From Vicugna vicugna (Eukaryota): a DNA stretch of 64,000 nucleotides. The DNA lies in the NCBI GenBank assembly GCA_013265495.1, contig MU058781.1, forward strand, positions 248,001 through 312,000, read 5' to 3'. The notes beneath the pieces were generated by a model that worked only from the letters and a program-made list of their open reading frames with translations, had not been told where the DNA came from and made no database searches. A program made the translations under genes and the position numbers. Shown here in pieces: positions 39,206 through 52,209 of the stretch (the stretch's first letter is position 1; the number at the start of each line of letters is the position of its first letter).

Positions 39206-40189
39206 GGCTTTCCCTCTTATGTTAACAGTGTTAAGAAAGTACAACATACAGACTTCAAACAGGATAGCTCTTTGATCTTAGAGCCCAGAGGCTGGCAAGA
39301 GTTAGAAACAAAATTCTCTTTTCTCTTTTTGTTGATCCATTGCTGAAGATTTTCTTCCAAGTTCAGTGCTGGAGTAACTTTAGACCATTTATTCCCGTCA
39401 AGAGACTCACTCTCTTCCCTCCTTGTCTTACACCACGATTGCGGAACTACAAAGGTTTTTTTCTTGAACTGCAACTCAGTTTATTGAGGGTTATTAAACT
39501 CTCATCTTGGTGCTAATGCTGCAAAAACTGCAGAAAAGTATAAATCAGGGGCTTCTTCTCCTCGATTTCCCTCTTGTCCATTTCTGTTTCCCCAGGACAC
39601 AGCATCACACATGGCACCGAGTATGTACTCGCATGAATATTTGTTGAATCAGCAAATGAGTTTCTTACTTCAGGAGATTTGGAATCTCAGTAGGACGACC
39701 AGCAAGAAATCCTCTAGAAAGTGAGAAGAGTGTCAGGAAGCAGGCAAAGTGCTGAGAAGGCTCTGCAGGAGACACAGGGTTGTGGCAGTCACCTAACTGA
39801 GCAACCCCCAGGTCCTTTGGACATCAAAGGCACTTAAAGGAAACATATTAGATGAGATATGTATCAAGTGTCCAACATCTACTCTTCAAAACAAACAAAA
39901 CCCCCCAAACCTAGTACGCTTAAAGGATATATTTAAAGGCATCTCACTCAGAAGCTGCTCTACCTGTGTGACGACAAACACAACACAAAACAAATTCATC
40001 AAATATGATTTAGTCAGCATCATTTCAGACACCGATCAAGTCCAACTGGACCATAAACTCTCTGAAGGCAGAGATGGTGTCTACACATTTCGTTTTTTGT
40101 CCAAGCACAGTCACCTGGTGACCCCTCAGTGGCCTGAGCGTTTATGAATGAATGAAATCTTGTTGTACACATACTGGTACACGAGACGC

Positions 40190-40565
40190 CCCAGTCCATT
40201 CAGGCTGTTCTCGTAGAATGCCACAAATCAGGTGATTTCTAAATGAAAGAAATTTGTTTCTCGTAATTCTGGAGGCTGGAAAGTCCAAGATCCAGACATT
40301 GGCCGTTTGTGTCTGGTGCGGCTCCCCTCCCCCCACCACCCCGGTTCTGGTGCATAGACTGCCGGCTTTGTCTTGTGTCCTCCCATGGCAGAAGGGGCCT
40401 GGGAGCTCTCTGGAGTCGCTTTTATAAGGGCATTAATCCCATTCATGAAGGCTCCACCCTCATGACCTACGCACATCCTGAAGGCCCTCCCTCCTAACAC
40501 TATTACATCAGAGGTTAGGTTTCCAACTATGAATTTGAGGGCATACAAAAATATTGTCTCTAGAG
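40190..40565. mobile_element. MLT1 (MaLR) solo LTR
   Basis: agtccattcaggctg...ttctggaggctggaaagtccaagatc...taatcccattcatgaaggctccaccctcatgacc; similar to 24200-24560. Confidence 0.88.
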
Positions 40566-40597
40566 CTAGGTGCTGCTGCAGCTGTAAAACATTTTAA

Positions 40598-40730
40598 AAT
40601 TATTTTTGGAGGGGGAGGTAATTAGGTTTATTTATTTTATTATTACTGTTTTTAAATGGAGACATTGGAGGTTGAACCCAAGACCTTGTGAATGCTAAGC
40701 ACGTGCTTTACCACTGAGCTATAACCCCCT
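40598..40730 (-). mobile_element. Vic-1-like SINE
   Basis: ggttgaacccaagacc...ccactgagctata head and ggggaggtaattaggttta tail. Confidence 0.85.
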
Positions 40731-41163
40731 TACTTTTAAACATTTTTATAATTAATTGGTCTCTGAAAGTCCAACGTGGACCAAGGACCCACAGAAAAGG
40801 TGTGAAGTTGGACAGGGAAATATGTAGCATTTTGGGGTCTTATGACCTCAATGCAAAATGTCCCATTGAGTAAGCAGTTACTAAAACTTAACCCTCCTCA
40901 TCTTCTCAAGTAATGATAAGCTATTTTCAGAGCAAAGACAGATAAGTCACATGGCCTGGTCTTTTTGTGGATGGGTTGTTATCCTACCCTTAGGCTGTTT
41001 GGTTCCAAATTCCCAGGCCAGAACCCCTCAGCTGGGCCTGATCCTTCAGGGTAGCCTCCTTAATGGGCAGCAGGCAGGCAGGCCTTTTGCCATAAGGGAT
41101 CAAATACTGTTCAAACTAGCAGATGCCTCCGTAGCTCTAACAGCAAAGGTGAAAAGTATCGAC

Positions 41164-41290
41164 AAATATATTTGTATATATAGATATATATACACACACA
41201 TGACTGGGACATTGTGCTGTATACCAGAAATTGACCCATTGTAACTGACTATACTTCAATTTAAAAAAACAAACTATACCTTAAAAAAAA
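41164..41290 (+). mobile_element. Short L1 3' tip
   Basis: tgtgctgtataccagaaattgacccattgtaactgactatacttcaat plus A run; resembles the end of 28958-29577. Confidence 0.75.
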
Positions 41291-44240
41291 AGTGTTGACC
41301 ATCCCACGAGGGCCCTGAAGAGCCAGTCACAGTGTATGTCCAGGATGAGGATAACAATATGAAGCTGTCGATTAGAATCCGTCTGTGACCTGGCCCACTC
41401 AAGCCTTTAAGTAATGTCTGTTTGATGGCTGCATTTTAATTTCCCATAAAACTGTGTGGCTACTTGGTGTGCTGTCCATGCCTCAGAGGTGCACGGTGAG
41501 GAGTAATTATGTGCAAACAAAGTTGCTGAATGGGCAGCGGAAATGGGAGTTTCAATTATTTTTTAACAACCTGTTTACCGATTCTCTGGTGTTTAGTATT
41601 TTTTGGGCTTATGAGGTTCCTCGTTGATGGCTTCAGGCAAGAAACCAACAGAAAAATTGATGGAGAGGATTAAGGATGCCCTGGTACACGGGCAATATTC
41701 TCTCACTCTGGAGTGTGATTACAACCTCTGAGTTTTACAGAGTTTTTAAACACAGGTGCAGAGCTTTCTGCTTGTTTGAGCGAAAAAAGTACCCCATTTG
41801 GTAAAAACTGTGGTTCCCATTTGAGGGAGAGTTCTTGGCTGGGCATGGCCATGAGTCTCGCTCAGAAGGCGTCGATAATGTCTCGTAAGTCACAGAGGAG
41901 CCCGCTGAGGTGGTCAGTCGTCATGCAGATGCTCTGTCTATCAGCTGAGACAGGAGTGGATTTTACCATTAAAGAATACAAATTATTTTGAAAGCTCAAA
42001 TAAATAAATAAAAAAAAGAATAGCAGTTATTTAACCTAGAAGACTGGTGTACACCTACATTATTATTCCTAGAAATAGTATATATGATATTTGAGACGTA
42101 TTTCCTTCCCTTCTCCAAAATTCACAATACTTTACAAAGCTTCATATGTTTGTGTCTGCTGCCCTAGTAAATTCGCTTGGTTATTTAGAGGGATTTTATT
42201 TCTGCTTTACAGATGGCAACGTGGTGGGACTGGGTAAGCTTTTTGGTATTAGCCCATGCATCAGAAGTCATGGCACACGTAGGAAATGTATTCCAGGCTA
42301 CCTGATTCCCAAATGAATGTTCTTGTGAAGAAATAAAACATGCAAAACTAATGTTTTATTGTGGCAGCATTGATCAGGGTATTTTTCTCTCTGCCAGTAG
42401 TGAAATGTGTCAGAGGTCAAATCTGAGTTCATAAGAAACAGATGCACTCTGTTTTTAGAGAATGTAGGTCCTTTCTTCTACTGTGGATCCTCTTTCCCCA
42501 TCAGGCATAATTGGAGGATATTCTGCCGTGTCTTAGCAGTTCCACTGAGAGTAGAACGCGTCCAGACCACAGAGCGTGTTAGCATAACCTTGTTATGCTG
42601 AGTTCTGATTTCGGGCAGGAGTGGGTGTTCTGCACAGCTCGTGAGCCTGGAGTCGGAAAGTAACCACACAACCCTGGTTCCAGGCCTTTTCTCCAAGGCT
42701 GGCTCTCCCACGCTCCTACTGTCAATCAAGAAGAACACCATGACCCACTCTTTCCTGGTTCTCCGTTCCTTGAGACTAAATGCATCTCTTAATCCGGCCT
42801 TGGAGCCCCCCTCTCTCCACACACACGCTTTCTCTTTTAGTCCATAACTCGTTTTATTGGTTACAGTGTGACTACACTATTTCAGGCTCTTCCACAGCCG
42901 AGCACAGCTGCTCATGTGGGCTATTGATTCCATATGTTAGCTCAGAATTGTATAATAGTCTCTTCTAATAGTTGCCTGTGGCTTTTCCTCTCCCCACTCG
43001 GAAAAGTGCCCTCTGCCCCTGGCCTGGTATGCCAATAACTAGAAATGGGTTCTAATTAGTATCAACCATTCTTCACCAAAAAGCCCAAAGAGCTGTCTGA
43101 TGTTGGAATAGCTCACCATGGTATTGGTTTACGAGGTTTTCTGCCGCTCTATGTATGGAAAACACTTCAAGAAACCAACGCTAGATTTGTTGGTAGGAAG
43201 AAAATGTTGCAGCTATGGCGGGCTTAGCGACCTCTAACTACAGAGAAATTTTCTTAAGACATTAGTGTGTGAGAATTTAAGTTCATCTTCTCCCCAGTTA
43301 TCCCCTTATCCTCCCACGCTCTTCTCTCTTTCAACCATATTACCTTATTCATTTTTGTGAACTGCATCTTTAACTTTTGCCTAAAGCTTAGTATTTGCTC
43401 CCTTGAAGACAACCTGAATGGCACCTAGTAAGTTTCACCTTTGAAAGCTTTATAGAAGATGTGCAGAGCCAGAAAAATCTCCAAGAGTCCAGAGTGGAGG
43501 CTTTGCCTCAGAGTCTCTGGACATCTGAGTGATCCCTGAACTCATAACCTCGGTCACAAAGGGCCTTAATGACATCCCCTTCTAGGGCGCCAATAGCTTC
43601 TTGTGTCATAGTGAGAAACAAAATGAAATCACTAAGTTCTTGCTCCTTGAACCAAAGATGCTGAAAGAAGAAGGCAGGAAATCTAAGGAGATTCAGGAGG
43701 ATCTGTTCCTCAGACTTCTGAAAAACAGAGTTCTGATCTTTCACAACCACCTTTCAAAATTTATCTCAAGGTACAAAGTGTAGGCAACTTTCCTAGGCAG
43801 ATCCCTGAGCAGAAATCAAAACAGCTCAAAGAAGTGGAACATAAATTGAATACAGTTTTGCAAGCAAATTTGGAAAGCTGGCCGACTGCCAAGGGCTGAG
43901 CAAGGTTGAAGCAACAAAGTGCCGAATCCCGGGAACGACTCTTAATGTTCCTCTACCTCTTTCTCCAGGATCTAAATCCAAGTCCTGCGGGTTCTTCCTC
44001 TGCTCCGGTCACTGCCACCTCTCACAGAGATGTCTGTTTCATCGCATAGACAGACCACTGGAAGCCTTCTTACACGCTCTCTGTTCCTGGTCTCTTTCAT
44101 CTTAAGTGAATCTTAGGGGTGAGGGGTCAGGTTAATGTTCTCTAGCTGTCCCCTTGATTATGCCACTATTCTGCCAAAAAAAAAGTAAAAACAAACCTCT
44201 AACTTTTGTATTAGTGGCCACAGAAATTAGACTAGTGTAC

Positions 44241-44262
44241 TGTGTGTGTGTGTGTGTGTGTG
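44241..44262. repeat. (TG)n microsatellite
   Basis: Directly visible. Confidence 0.9.
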
Positions 44263-45457
44263 AGAAAGAGAGATGGCAATTTAAACAAATCATCCCACAG
44301 AGCCTATGTCAAGTGTTAAATGTCTAAAAACTCTCATCTTTCATCTGACTCATGGTAAGTAGGTTACAATATAAATCCCCAAATCTCTGGGTCACACCAG
44401 TGCCCCCAGAAATAGTGCCTTGCTTATCCCGTAGCTGCTCCCCGCAGCCTCCGTGCACAGAACACACAGACTTCGACCCAAAAGCAGAGCCCTGTCCCTT
44501 GACTGCCACGACAACACACATGGGCCCAGGGGAGCTCCGGGCCATCCCGGGGTTGCCATCACGGCCCCCTGACCAGTCTTCCCTCCTGATGATGCCTTTC
44601 ATTTCTCAAGCTTTAAAGATTTACTGCTATCCTCCATTCAAACATAAATACTATCCTAATTCCCAAATAGGCTATTTTCTGTCCTTCGAAATTTGTTTTC
44701 TCAAGAATATTGACCAAACCTAAAGGGTTTGAGTACGCGCATCCCTGAGGCGTCCACGGGTCCTCAGCCACCTGAATGCGCCCAGATTCACAAAGACTGA
44801 CAAGGATTTGATAATGAAAATACACGCTATTCCTCACCTCCGGCCCATGAGCACTTGTGCTGTTCCGCCCTCTGCTCCCGCGGCTCATTTCCTGACTCCT
44901 AGCTCTCTTTCATTTTTCTTCGTCCCTTTGTTGGGTATAAAGTGACAGAGCTCTACACTTGGCATATGATGGGTGCCTAATAAAGGCATCATGGCATACC
45001 AATGAATAAAGGATAACTATTGTGATAGTTGCATGCATGTATTTTATTTTATTTCATTTTATTTTCCTTTTCAGTTTTATTAGGTAGAATTATTACAGTT
45101 CGACTGCACATACACATCATACTGTATGTAAATACATGTATACAGTGTACTGCAAATTTGACATGCATTTTAAAGGTTACAGAATGTTTTCAAAATTTGA
45201 GTGAGCCCAAGATCCACTTGTCTTTTTTGGAGTTGTGAAATTAGACGTTCTATCCACAAGGGAACTTTACGGTTCAATGAAAAGGAAGGCTATTGCTGAT
45301 GGACCCCAGATACGTTAGCAGTGAGCTGTGCGCATGACAAACGTGTCAGGCTTCTAAAAGCAGAAAAGCATCCAAGGGCTCTTGTAAGACTTAAAAAAAA
45401 CCCAAACCATCAGAATACATCTTCCTATCTAACATCCAGTTAAAAAATGCTAATCTT

Positions 45458-45611
45458 GAGGGGAAGGTAGAGCTCAAGTGGTAGACTGCATGCTTAGCAT
45501 GCATGAGGTCCTGGCTTCAATCCCCAGTTCCTCCTCTAAAAATGAATGAATGAACGAATGAATAAATAAATAACTCCCCCCAAAAGAAAAAAGTTAATTT
45601 AAAAATATTTT
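45458..45611 (+). mobile_element. Vic-1-like SINE with perfect TSD
   Basis: tRNA-like head; direct repeat ttaaaaaatgctaatctt at 45440-45457 and 45612-45629. Confidence 0.92.
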
Positions 45612-47046
45612 TTAAAAAATGCTAATCTTAACCTTCCTAATCCATTACCCTCACTTCTAAAATACAATTCACTTTGCTTTTCTATGGATTTTTCCATATG
45701 TGCGATAATTAAGGATCCTACCTCTGCAGTTTCAGAGAAATTTGAATTAAGCCTTTTATGAGACCATGTGGGTGCAGTCTGAATCCACTAAAGAAGGAAA
45801 CTGAACATTAAGCATTAACACCCAGCTCCAGCTCCACCCCACCTTCCACGGGCTCGCAGGCGAGAGCACTTGTAATGGAATGCCAACTTTCTGTGCCGCT
45901 CGGCGTAGCCAGCTAACATTCAGGGCTTCTATTAACTTGAAAGAGAGTTCCAGGTGCATTCGTGTTGTGCTGAAGAAATGGAAATTTGGAAGCTTTATTA
46001 TTAGCTTAGGCCGTGTTCAACTCACGTGAATAAGAGATGGAGAAAAGTTATTAGAATTCGTTTTTGCTTCTTCTTCTTTTTTTTTAACAACTCCTGCTTT
46101 TAGCAGCGTTGTAAAACTGGGCATACATGTGGGCGCTGAGACAAAGAGGTTGGGGCTGTCTCTTTGGGGGGCCAGACGACGTGGGTCTCCCTCTTTTCTT
46201 TTTATGAACACAGGCTTCACTATGACTTTTTAAGTAAATGTTGATGTAGGTGTAAAACGTCAGGTACTTGGCTCCCAGGTTACAGGAATCCTTTGGCAGT
46301 CAGGAGTAGACAACTGTTCTAACAAGGGAAAGTGGAGAATTTGTGGGAAACCTACAGGACTAGCTCGCAGAATCCAAGGGCGGGAGGTGGGACCGGAAGC
46401 GGGGAAGTCCCGGAACCACACAACTGCTGACATCTCTGATTCTAAGTGTGCACTGGGCTTCCTTCTCTCCCTCTCCTGGAGGTGGGGGGGTGTTTTCTTG
46501 AATATATCTGTACACACATTTGTGGAGCTGCTGCGGTGCCAAGTTTACGAGGTCTCTTAGTTCAAGGGAGCAAAAAGAGCACCTGCTGTTTGTCTCCAAC
46601 CCAACCTCATGCTCTGGGAGGTAGAACTTGATGAGGCTAGTGCAAGGTTCAAGCCAGACATGAAACCCTTGTCAGGGGTGGGAGGGGCAGGACCAGGTGG
46701 CACAGATATGGCTGCAGGAACTGTTATCTTGCTTCCTCTCTGTTTTCTTCCAAAGGCTGCAGCTGCCTCTTCCACGAGGCCACCAGCGCCATCAAGAAAT
46801 CTGCACTTTGCCTAATCAGAAATGCGCAGACATGAACCGAAGACCTCCGAGGTCCACCGAGGGGCTAACAAGGAGCTCTTCTGTCCTCCCGTAGGGCCTT
46901 TCTTTTCTCTTCTTTACTATGTATTCTAGTGTTCCTGCGTGCTGACCTCTCTGCATTTCCAGCCTGTTCTTTGCAATTCTTTTCTCAACTCCCAGCTCTC
47001 TTGTTTCTTCCTTCCCTTTGTCAAGAGAAACCGTATTGGACTGGAG

Positions 47047-47235
47047 CAGTGGTTCTCAAGTTGGAGCCAGCATCCAAATCACCTGAAGGGCTGGTTCAAA
47101 CTCCTATTGCTGGGTCCCATCCCCAGCGTTCCTGATTCAGTAGGTTTGGGGTAGGAGCGGAGAACTTGCATGTCTGACGAGCTCCCAGGCGATGCTTACG
47201 CCGATGGTCTGGGGACCACACTTTGAGAACTGTTG
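47047..47235. mobile_element. MER5A (hAT-Charlie) DNA transposon
   Basis: TIRs cagtggttctcaa / ttgagaactgttg; ~190 bp; degenerate 8-bp TSD gactggag / ggctagag. Confidence 0.92.
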
Positions 47236-47619
47236 GGCTAGAGAGTAGAAAGGGGTCCTCCTGAAACCATCAAGGGCTGTCCTCCTCATTTCAGCCCCCT
47301 TTCTCAGGTCCACCGTCAACAACTGCTGGGTGATAAAGTTTTAAAGTCAGCAACTCTAGCAGCAGGAATGAGGCACGTTTCCAGTCCTCAGCGATCCAAC
47401 TAGAGAAGCTCTTTTGATGATAGTTGGGCTGTTCCTTTCCTTGTCTCAGGCATCGTGCTTTATTAAATCAGTCCTTTTTTTCCATCTGTAAGCAAGCACG
47501 ATAACCATCACATCTACTTTGCAGAGCTGTTGTGAGGATTCAAGTAGGCGATGCATATGTAAATTTAAAAGCGCTGTAAAATATTAGCAATTGTGGCTGG
47601 TTTTTAATGTGCTTGGAGC

Positions 47620-48940
47620 ATCTGTTTCTCAGTGTGTGGGCCCCGTGAATCTTCTCCCTTGTGGACAGCTCTTGGTTCATCTTCTTGCCTCCCCAGCTGC
47701 TCAACCTTAGGGAGTTTCTGACCATCCATTCGCATTTTCCAGAGTGACTGCAGCACTGAACTCTTACTATATTTACTCCTCTACCCACTTCTCTAGTCCT
47801 CTGAAATCTTGGTCTGCCTTGAATTGCCAAATGTTTCTGCCATATGCTTATTTCATATCTTGTCTGGACAACTGCTCTGCCTTCTTCTCTGAGCCTTCTC
47901 TACACAGCAACCAGACACATCCTTTTCTGATGCAAGTGAGGTCATATCGCTCCTCTGCTCAAATCCATTCAATAGCCTTCCATTGCTGTTAGCATTATCA
48001 AGTCCAGACTTGTACTGCTCACTGCAGGACACGCCAGTAAATTGGGAAATGAGGTGTTGGGGCAAGGGACAATGACTATTGAGAAAGCCAGCAGACCGAG
48101 AAGATGAGGGACAAATGTCCTGGAGAACGTTACCCCAAGTCAGAATTCAGGCTCCTTTTATACTAAAAGGGGGTGGGGGAGTGGTTGGTTGCTGCAAACC
48201 TCTTGGTCTCAAAATCCTTTGTTCTTGCAGCTGTCCACGTGGGTAAGGTCATGGTGTCCCTGTAAACCTCCAACAAGACAAGTGTTATTTTCTATTCTGC
48301 AACTTTTTGTCTTTATATGAATGGGAAAGTGTTAATAACCTTAAAGGTCCAAGCCTGGAGAATGGGCTCTCCCGTACATTTCAGGCTCTAGGCAACATTC
48401 TCTTACAAAAGGTGCAGAACCAGTACGACTAAGCCCCGGAAACAGAGCAGAGGGTCAGCGCCAAAGGAACAGATCAGGTTGGCTCTTCCCTACTGTATTA
48501 GGTCTACAGGATCTTGCATAATCTGAGCCTTGCCTTATTTCTCCAAACTCCTTTCTCTACCACCCTTCTCCTCGCGCTGCCATCCACACGAACTTCCCTC
48601 CTGCGGGCGGAGTGAGACTGTCTTCTTCCTGGCTCAGCTCCTCCTCCTGCTTGGAAGGTTGTTTTTCCACCTTTTTGCTGTAGCGGATTCATTATCTCCC
48701 GTTGGGTCTCAGGTCACTGGCACCTCCTCGTGCTTCCTCTCTCATCCCATCCTGTTTGTTTCCTTGGTAGCCTCATAGAATCTGTTCTCCTTTGTTTTCT
48801 CTGTAAGCCCACTTACTTTCTAGTTCCTCTGCTTGACTCTAAGCATCCAGGACAGCAGCTACCCACGGCGAGTCCTTTCACTGCCCATGAGACTCACTCT
48901 GCCGATTGCGAGAGAATGCGTGTGGAAGGGATGAAATGAT
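47620..48940 (+). mobile_element. L2 fragment interrupted by the LTR
   Basis: cctctgctcaaatccattcaatagccttccattgc, resuming as ctacaggatcttgcataatctgagccttgcc. Confidence 0.6.
47993..48497 (-). mobile_element. ERV1-like solo LTR inserted into an L2
   Basis: gagaaagccagcagaccgagaagatg...ctccttttatactaaaaggg (TATA on the - strand); candidate 4-bp TSD ttag at 47989-47992 and 48498-48501; L2-like sequence on both sides. Confidence 0.7.
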
Positions 48941-51900
48941 ACGCTTTCCTTTCCAGGAGTGACGTCTAGATAGCCATTCAGGGAGCCTTCTTGCTGCTGG
49001 TAGATTCTCTTCTTTAGGAAAACCAGCTCAATAGGATCAGATTGGCCATTTTTTAAAGTACTGCTTTTATCGTATTATTTTCTGTATAAAGAGCCTCCTA
49101 AACTCTCTCTCTCTCTCTTTTAAATAGCATATTAAATCTAAACACCCACATAAACTCCACAGATTCTTGCTGTGTGAGTGTGAGGGTCAGAAACCGACTG
49201 AGGTTTTTAACTCCTTGTGCAAGAGTCTGAACATGAAAGAGGGTGATTGTGCCGTAAATCAGACAGCACGAGAGGCGTGCTGGGGTTAAAAAGTGCAGAT
49301 GGCTTTTTGAGAGGTGACAATGATCGTGAGCCACTCTTCCTCGCCCTGGTGGCTCCAGGGTTGAAAGTAGCAAATAAAATCCCTATCGAGTTAAATAGAC
49401 TCGCTGAGGGAGACGTCCAACATTTCAGTCTATTTTCATACGTGCCAAGGGTCTGAGCTCCATTACTGAAGGCAGTAACGGCAGGATGGACGAAAACTTA
49501 GAAACCACGTCCCGTGGCAGCCCGCGCTCGCTGTAAAAGGTGAAGTCCATTTACACTTCTCATTCAAGCTAAATGAGAATGCGTCATTTGCTTAATGGGT
49601 CATTTTAACTTGGTTTCCAATAAGTGGATTAAGTAATTGGAGAACTTCAACACAAGGCAAAATATGTGTTCTAGCATTTGGGAAACAAACCAGAGCCACA
49701 TCTGTCAGCAACTTAAGATGGAAAATTCCTATTAGTCAACCTATCAATAAGGCTTCACTATTAAGCAACCTTCTAATGGTCTGGCTGCGGTGCTGACACG
49801 TTGCAGGCGTTCACGATGTCCCATCAAGGTTGCAGGCCAGCCTGGCGGACCGCGTGCTGTGAGTCCACTTTGTTCAATAGAAGCTGATTTTATATTTAGC
49901 TGTGCGTGGAGTGTTCGGACGAAACAAATCACCTCTGTAAGCTCAACAAGATGAATAGTTGCTGTTGGGAGCTAGCAAGAGCTGGATGCAAGATTAATAT
50001 GCAGTCCCAAGTTCCACTTCCCACAATTTTTATTGATTGTGTGAAAACGTACTAAACTTCATGATTTCTTAGGTGAGTGAGATTGAAACTCTTGCATAGC
50101 TCTAGTAGATGTAATTTCTCTGAAATGTACCATTTGTGCACAAAAAGAGCTTTCCGTTTGGGGCCACGTGCAATGAATTCTACAGTAAGAGCCAAGTCTT
50201 TCTGATGGCACTTTTCGCCCCAAGTTTACCAGGCTCCCAGGCTAACCTCTTTGTGCTCTCCGGTCTCTGCCAAATTGCCTTCTTGGGAGAATTTCCTAAA
50301 GTCCCCCACTGCTGTGTTCCAAATACCAGGACTTATTTGGTGCTTGTTTTTCCATTCCCACAAACCGCAGAAGATTGAATGTTCATGGATCTTAGCATTA
50401 AGATCTTTCTACTAACATCTGAATGGCATTCCAGCTAATTTGGCACAGTGTCTCATCCTCTTTCAGTAGGCTGGGAGGAAAAAAGAGGCCATTAAAGCCT
50501 GCCCTTAATTATTCCCCTTTTATTGTTTGGATCTAGATTTGGGGTGGGTGAGAGGTAGGATTGGGTCAGTGTTGGTTCAGGGCATACACTCAGTTCTGCT
50601 GCTGTTCGGTAATTTTAGGAACTGTATGGATTGGTTTCAACTGGTACACTTCGCCATTTTTCTTCTTGTTGAAATTTATTGTTGCAGTAAATTCTTGAAT
50701 TCAGTTATAATTCTAAAATATTGATTTGGTGGAGTTCATGGTCCGGTTCCATTCTAGACCCTGTGTTCTTTTCTATGAATTGGACACGATGGCTAGACTT
50801 AATCAGTGAGGACGTCGGGGTGTTGATTGTTCTCACCTCACCTTTTTAGAAAATAATGAAGCTATTTGGTTCACTTTTATCAAAACTTCACTGCATCAGT
50901 AAAGGCTCAAGTCTATTAAGATATGTTGAGCCCTTCGATTCTTCAGGTGAATCAAGTTATACAACAAATTTGGGGTTGGATTCTCCACCATGTCTACTCA
51001 GTATGAACTTTGAGGCTCAGCCCATCCCTTCGGCTCAGAGTCCAGCTAAGGAATGTACTTTTCCCAAAGTTTCAACTTGGACCACCTAACAGTTTTATTG
51101 TAAGACCCGACTTCCAAAAGATACTGACACGTGGTGACTACAGCTCCAGGTTCACTTGCGTCTGACTTTTTCAGATGATAGTATTTTTAAGCCCTCTAAT
51201 TATATAGCACATTTATGTTTTCTCAGAGACCTAGACACCAATGCAAATTTCAAAACAGGTGATAATGAGTTCTGATAATGAGATAGAACACTTTGAAATA
51301 AGAGGAAAAGGGATTTATCTTAATCAGTGGGCAGTACTTTAGCAACTCTTTTCTTCCTGCTGTTTTTTTTTGAGCGGGGGGTTTGGTTAGTGCTTCCTCG
51401 GATGTGAGTCAGAGAAGTAACGTTATGAGAAACCAGCATCACCCCACAAGAGAAATGGCGGCTAAAAGGGTTAGCTCCTCAGAGCCACCTGGCACCCTGA
51501 AGGTCAAGTTCCCAGTGAGGCTGACCCGTGCTGGGGGCTTCCGTGAGTCCACGGAGGGCGATGGACCAGTACGCCGAATCTTCTCCAAAGGCAGACGCCT
51601 TCCTCAGGCCACAAGCAGGATGCCTTGGGAATAGAGATTTTCTCTGCAGCAGCTTCCATTCCAACCTCTCTCCTCTACTTTTCTGGTCTTCATCTTACAA
51701 TTCAAAGAATGTCCCTTACGCTTTAGCACTCTGAGTTCCAGAAGCACTAAAGCCGGTGTTCACACTTACGGGTCTTAAAAGCCTGAATATTTACTTGATT
51801 TGGTTGGGTTACTGGTCCTGTCATTTCTTATTACCGAATACCATTATTTTTAAAAGTAACAATAATGAAATAGAATTCCGTGTGATAATTTTTGATACTG

Positions 51901-52163
51901 AATGTGTGAACGTCTTCTGATACCCTGCCTCAAATGGGTCCTTAAGTGAGGATGCAGTTGTGGTTCAGTTGGATGTTACTGAAAACACCGCTACCTCGTC
52001 ACCCCTCCAATGAATTCTGCATTCGCGTTCAGCAGCACGTTGGGAGGACTTCCATGTGTCCACGGAGAGATTTGAAAATCGCTTGGCAGGCTAAAATCAC
52101 TTAAAAGTTGCTTGTTTCCCGTGCTGTCTCCAGCATGTACTACTGTAGAGTTCTAAGTGACTT

Positions 52164-52209
52164 GTTTAAATGGCTACCGTTTAAATGGTTGAACGGTAGC
52201 CATTTAAAC
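52164..52209. repeat. Perfect inverted repeat, 18-bp arms, 10-nt spacer
   Basis: gtttaaatggctaccgtt (52164-52181) is the exact reverse complement of aacggtagccatttaaac (52192-52209). Confidence 0.97.

Noticed and set aside
39217..39474. Minus-strand 85-aa ORF and a minus-strand donor-like acttacct at ~39071-39078
   Set aside because: No ATG start, promoter or partner exons could be assembled on the minus strand.
41756..41884. Possible further exon (acacag|GTG ... CTC|gtaagt)
   Set aside because: Open only in phase 1; stops early in the phase that would follow candidate exon 3. It could still be a non-coding exon.
42213..42233. Apparent 21-nt micro-exon (tttacag|atgg...gg|gtaagc)
   Set aside because: Matches the MIR core (tttacagatg), a common source of decoy splice sites.
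43440..43783. Charged, protein-looking short frames (possible pseudogene remnant)
   Set aside because: Interrupted by stops, with no recognisable parent, poly(A) or TSD.
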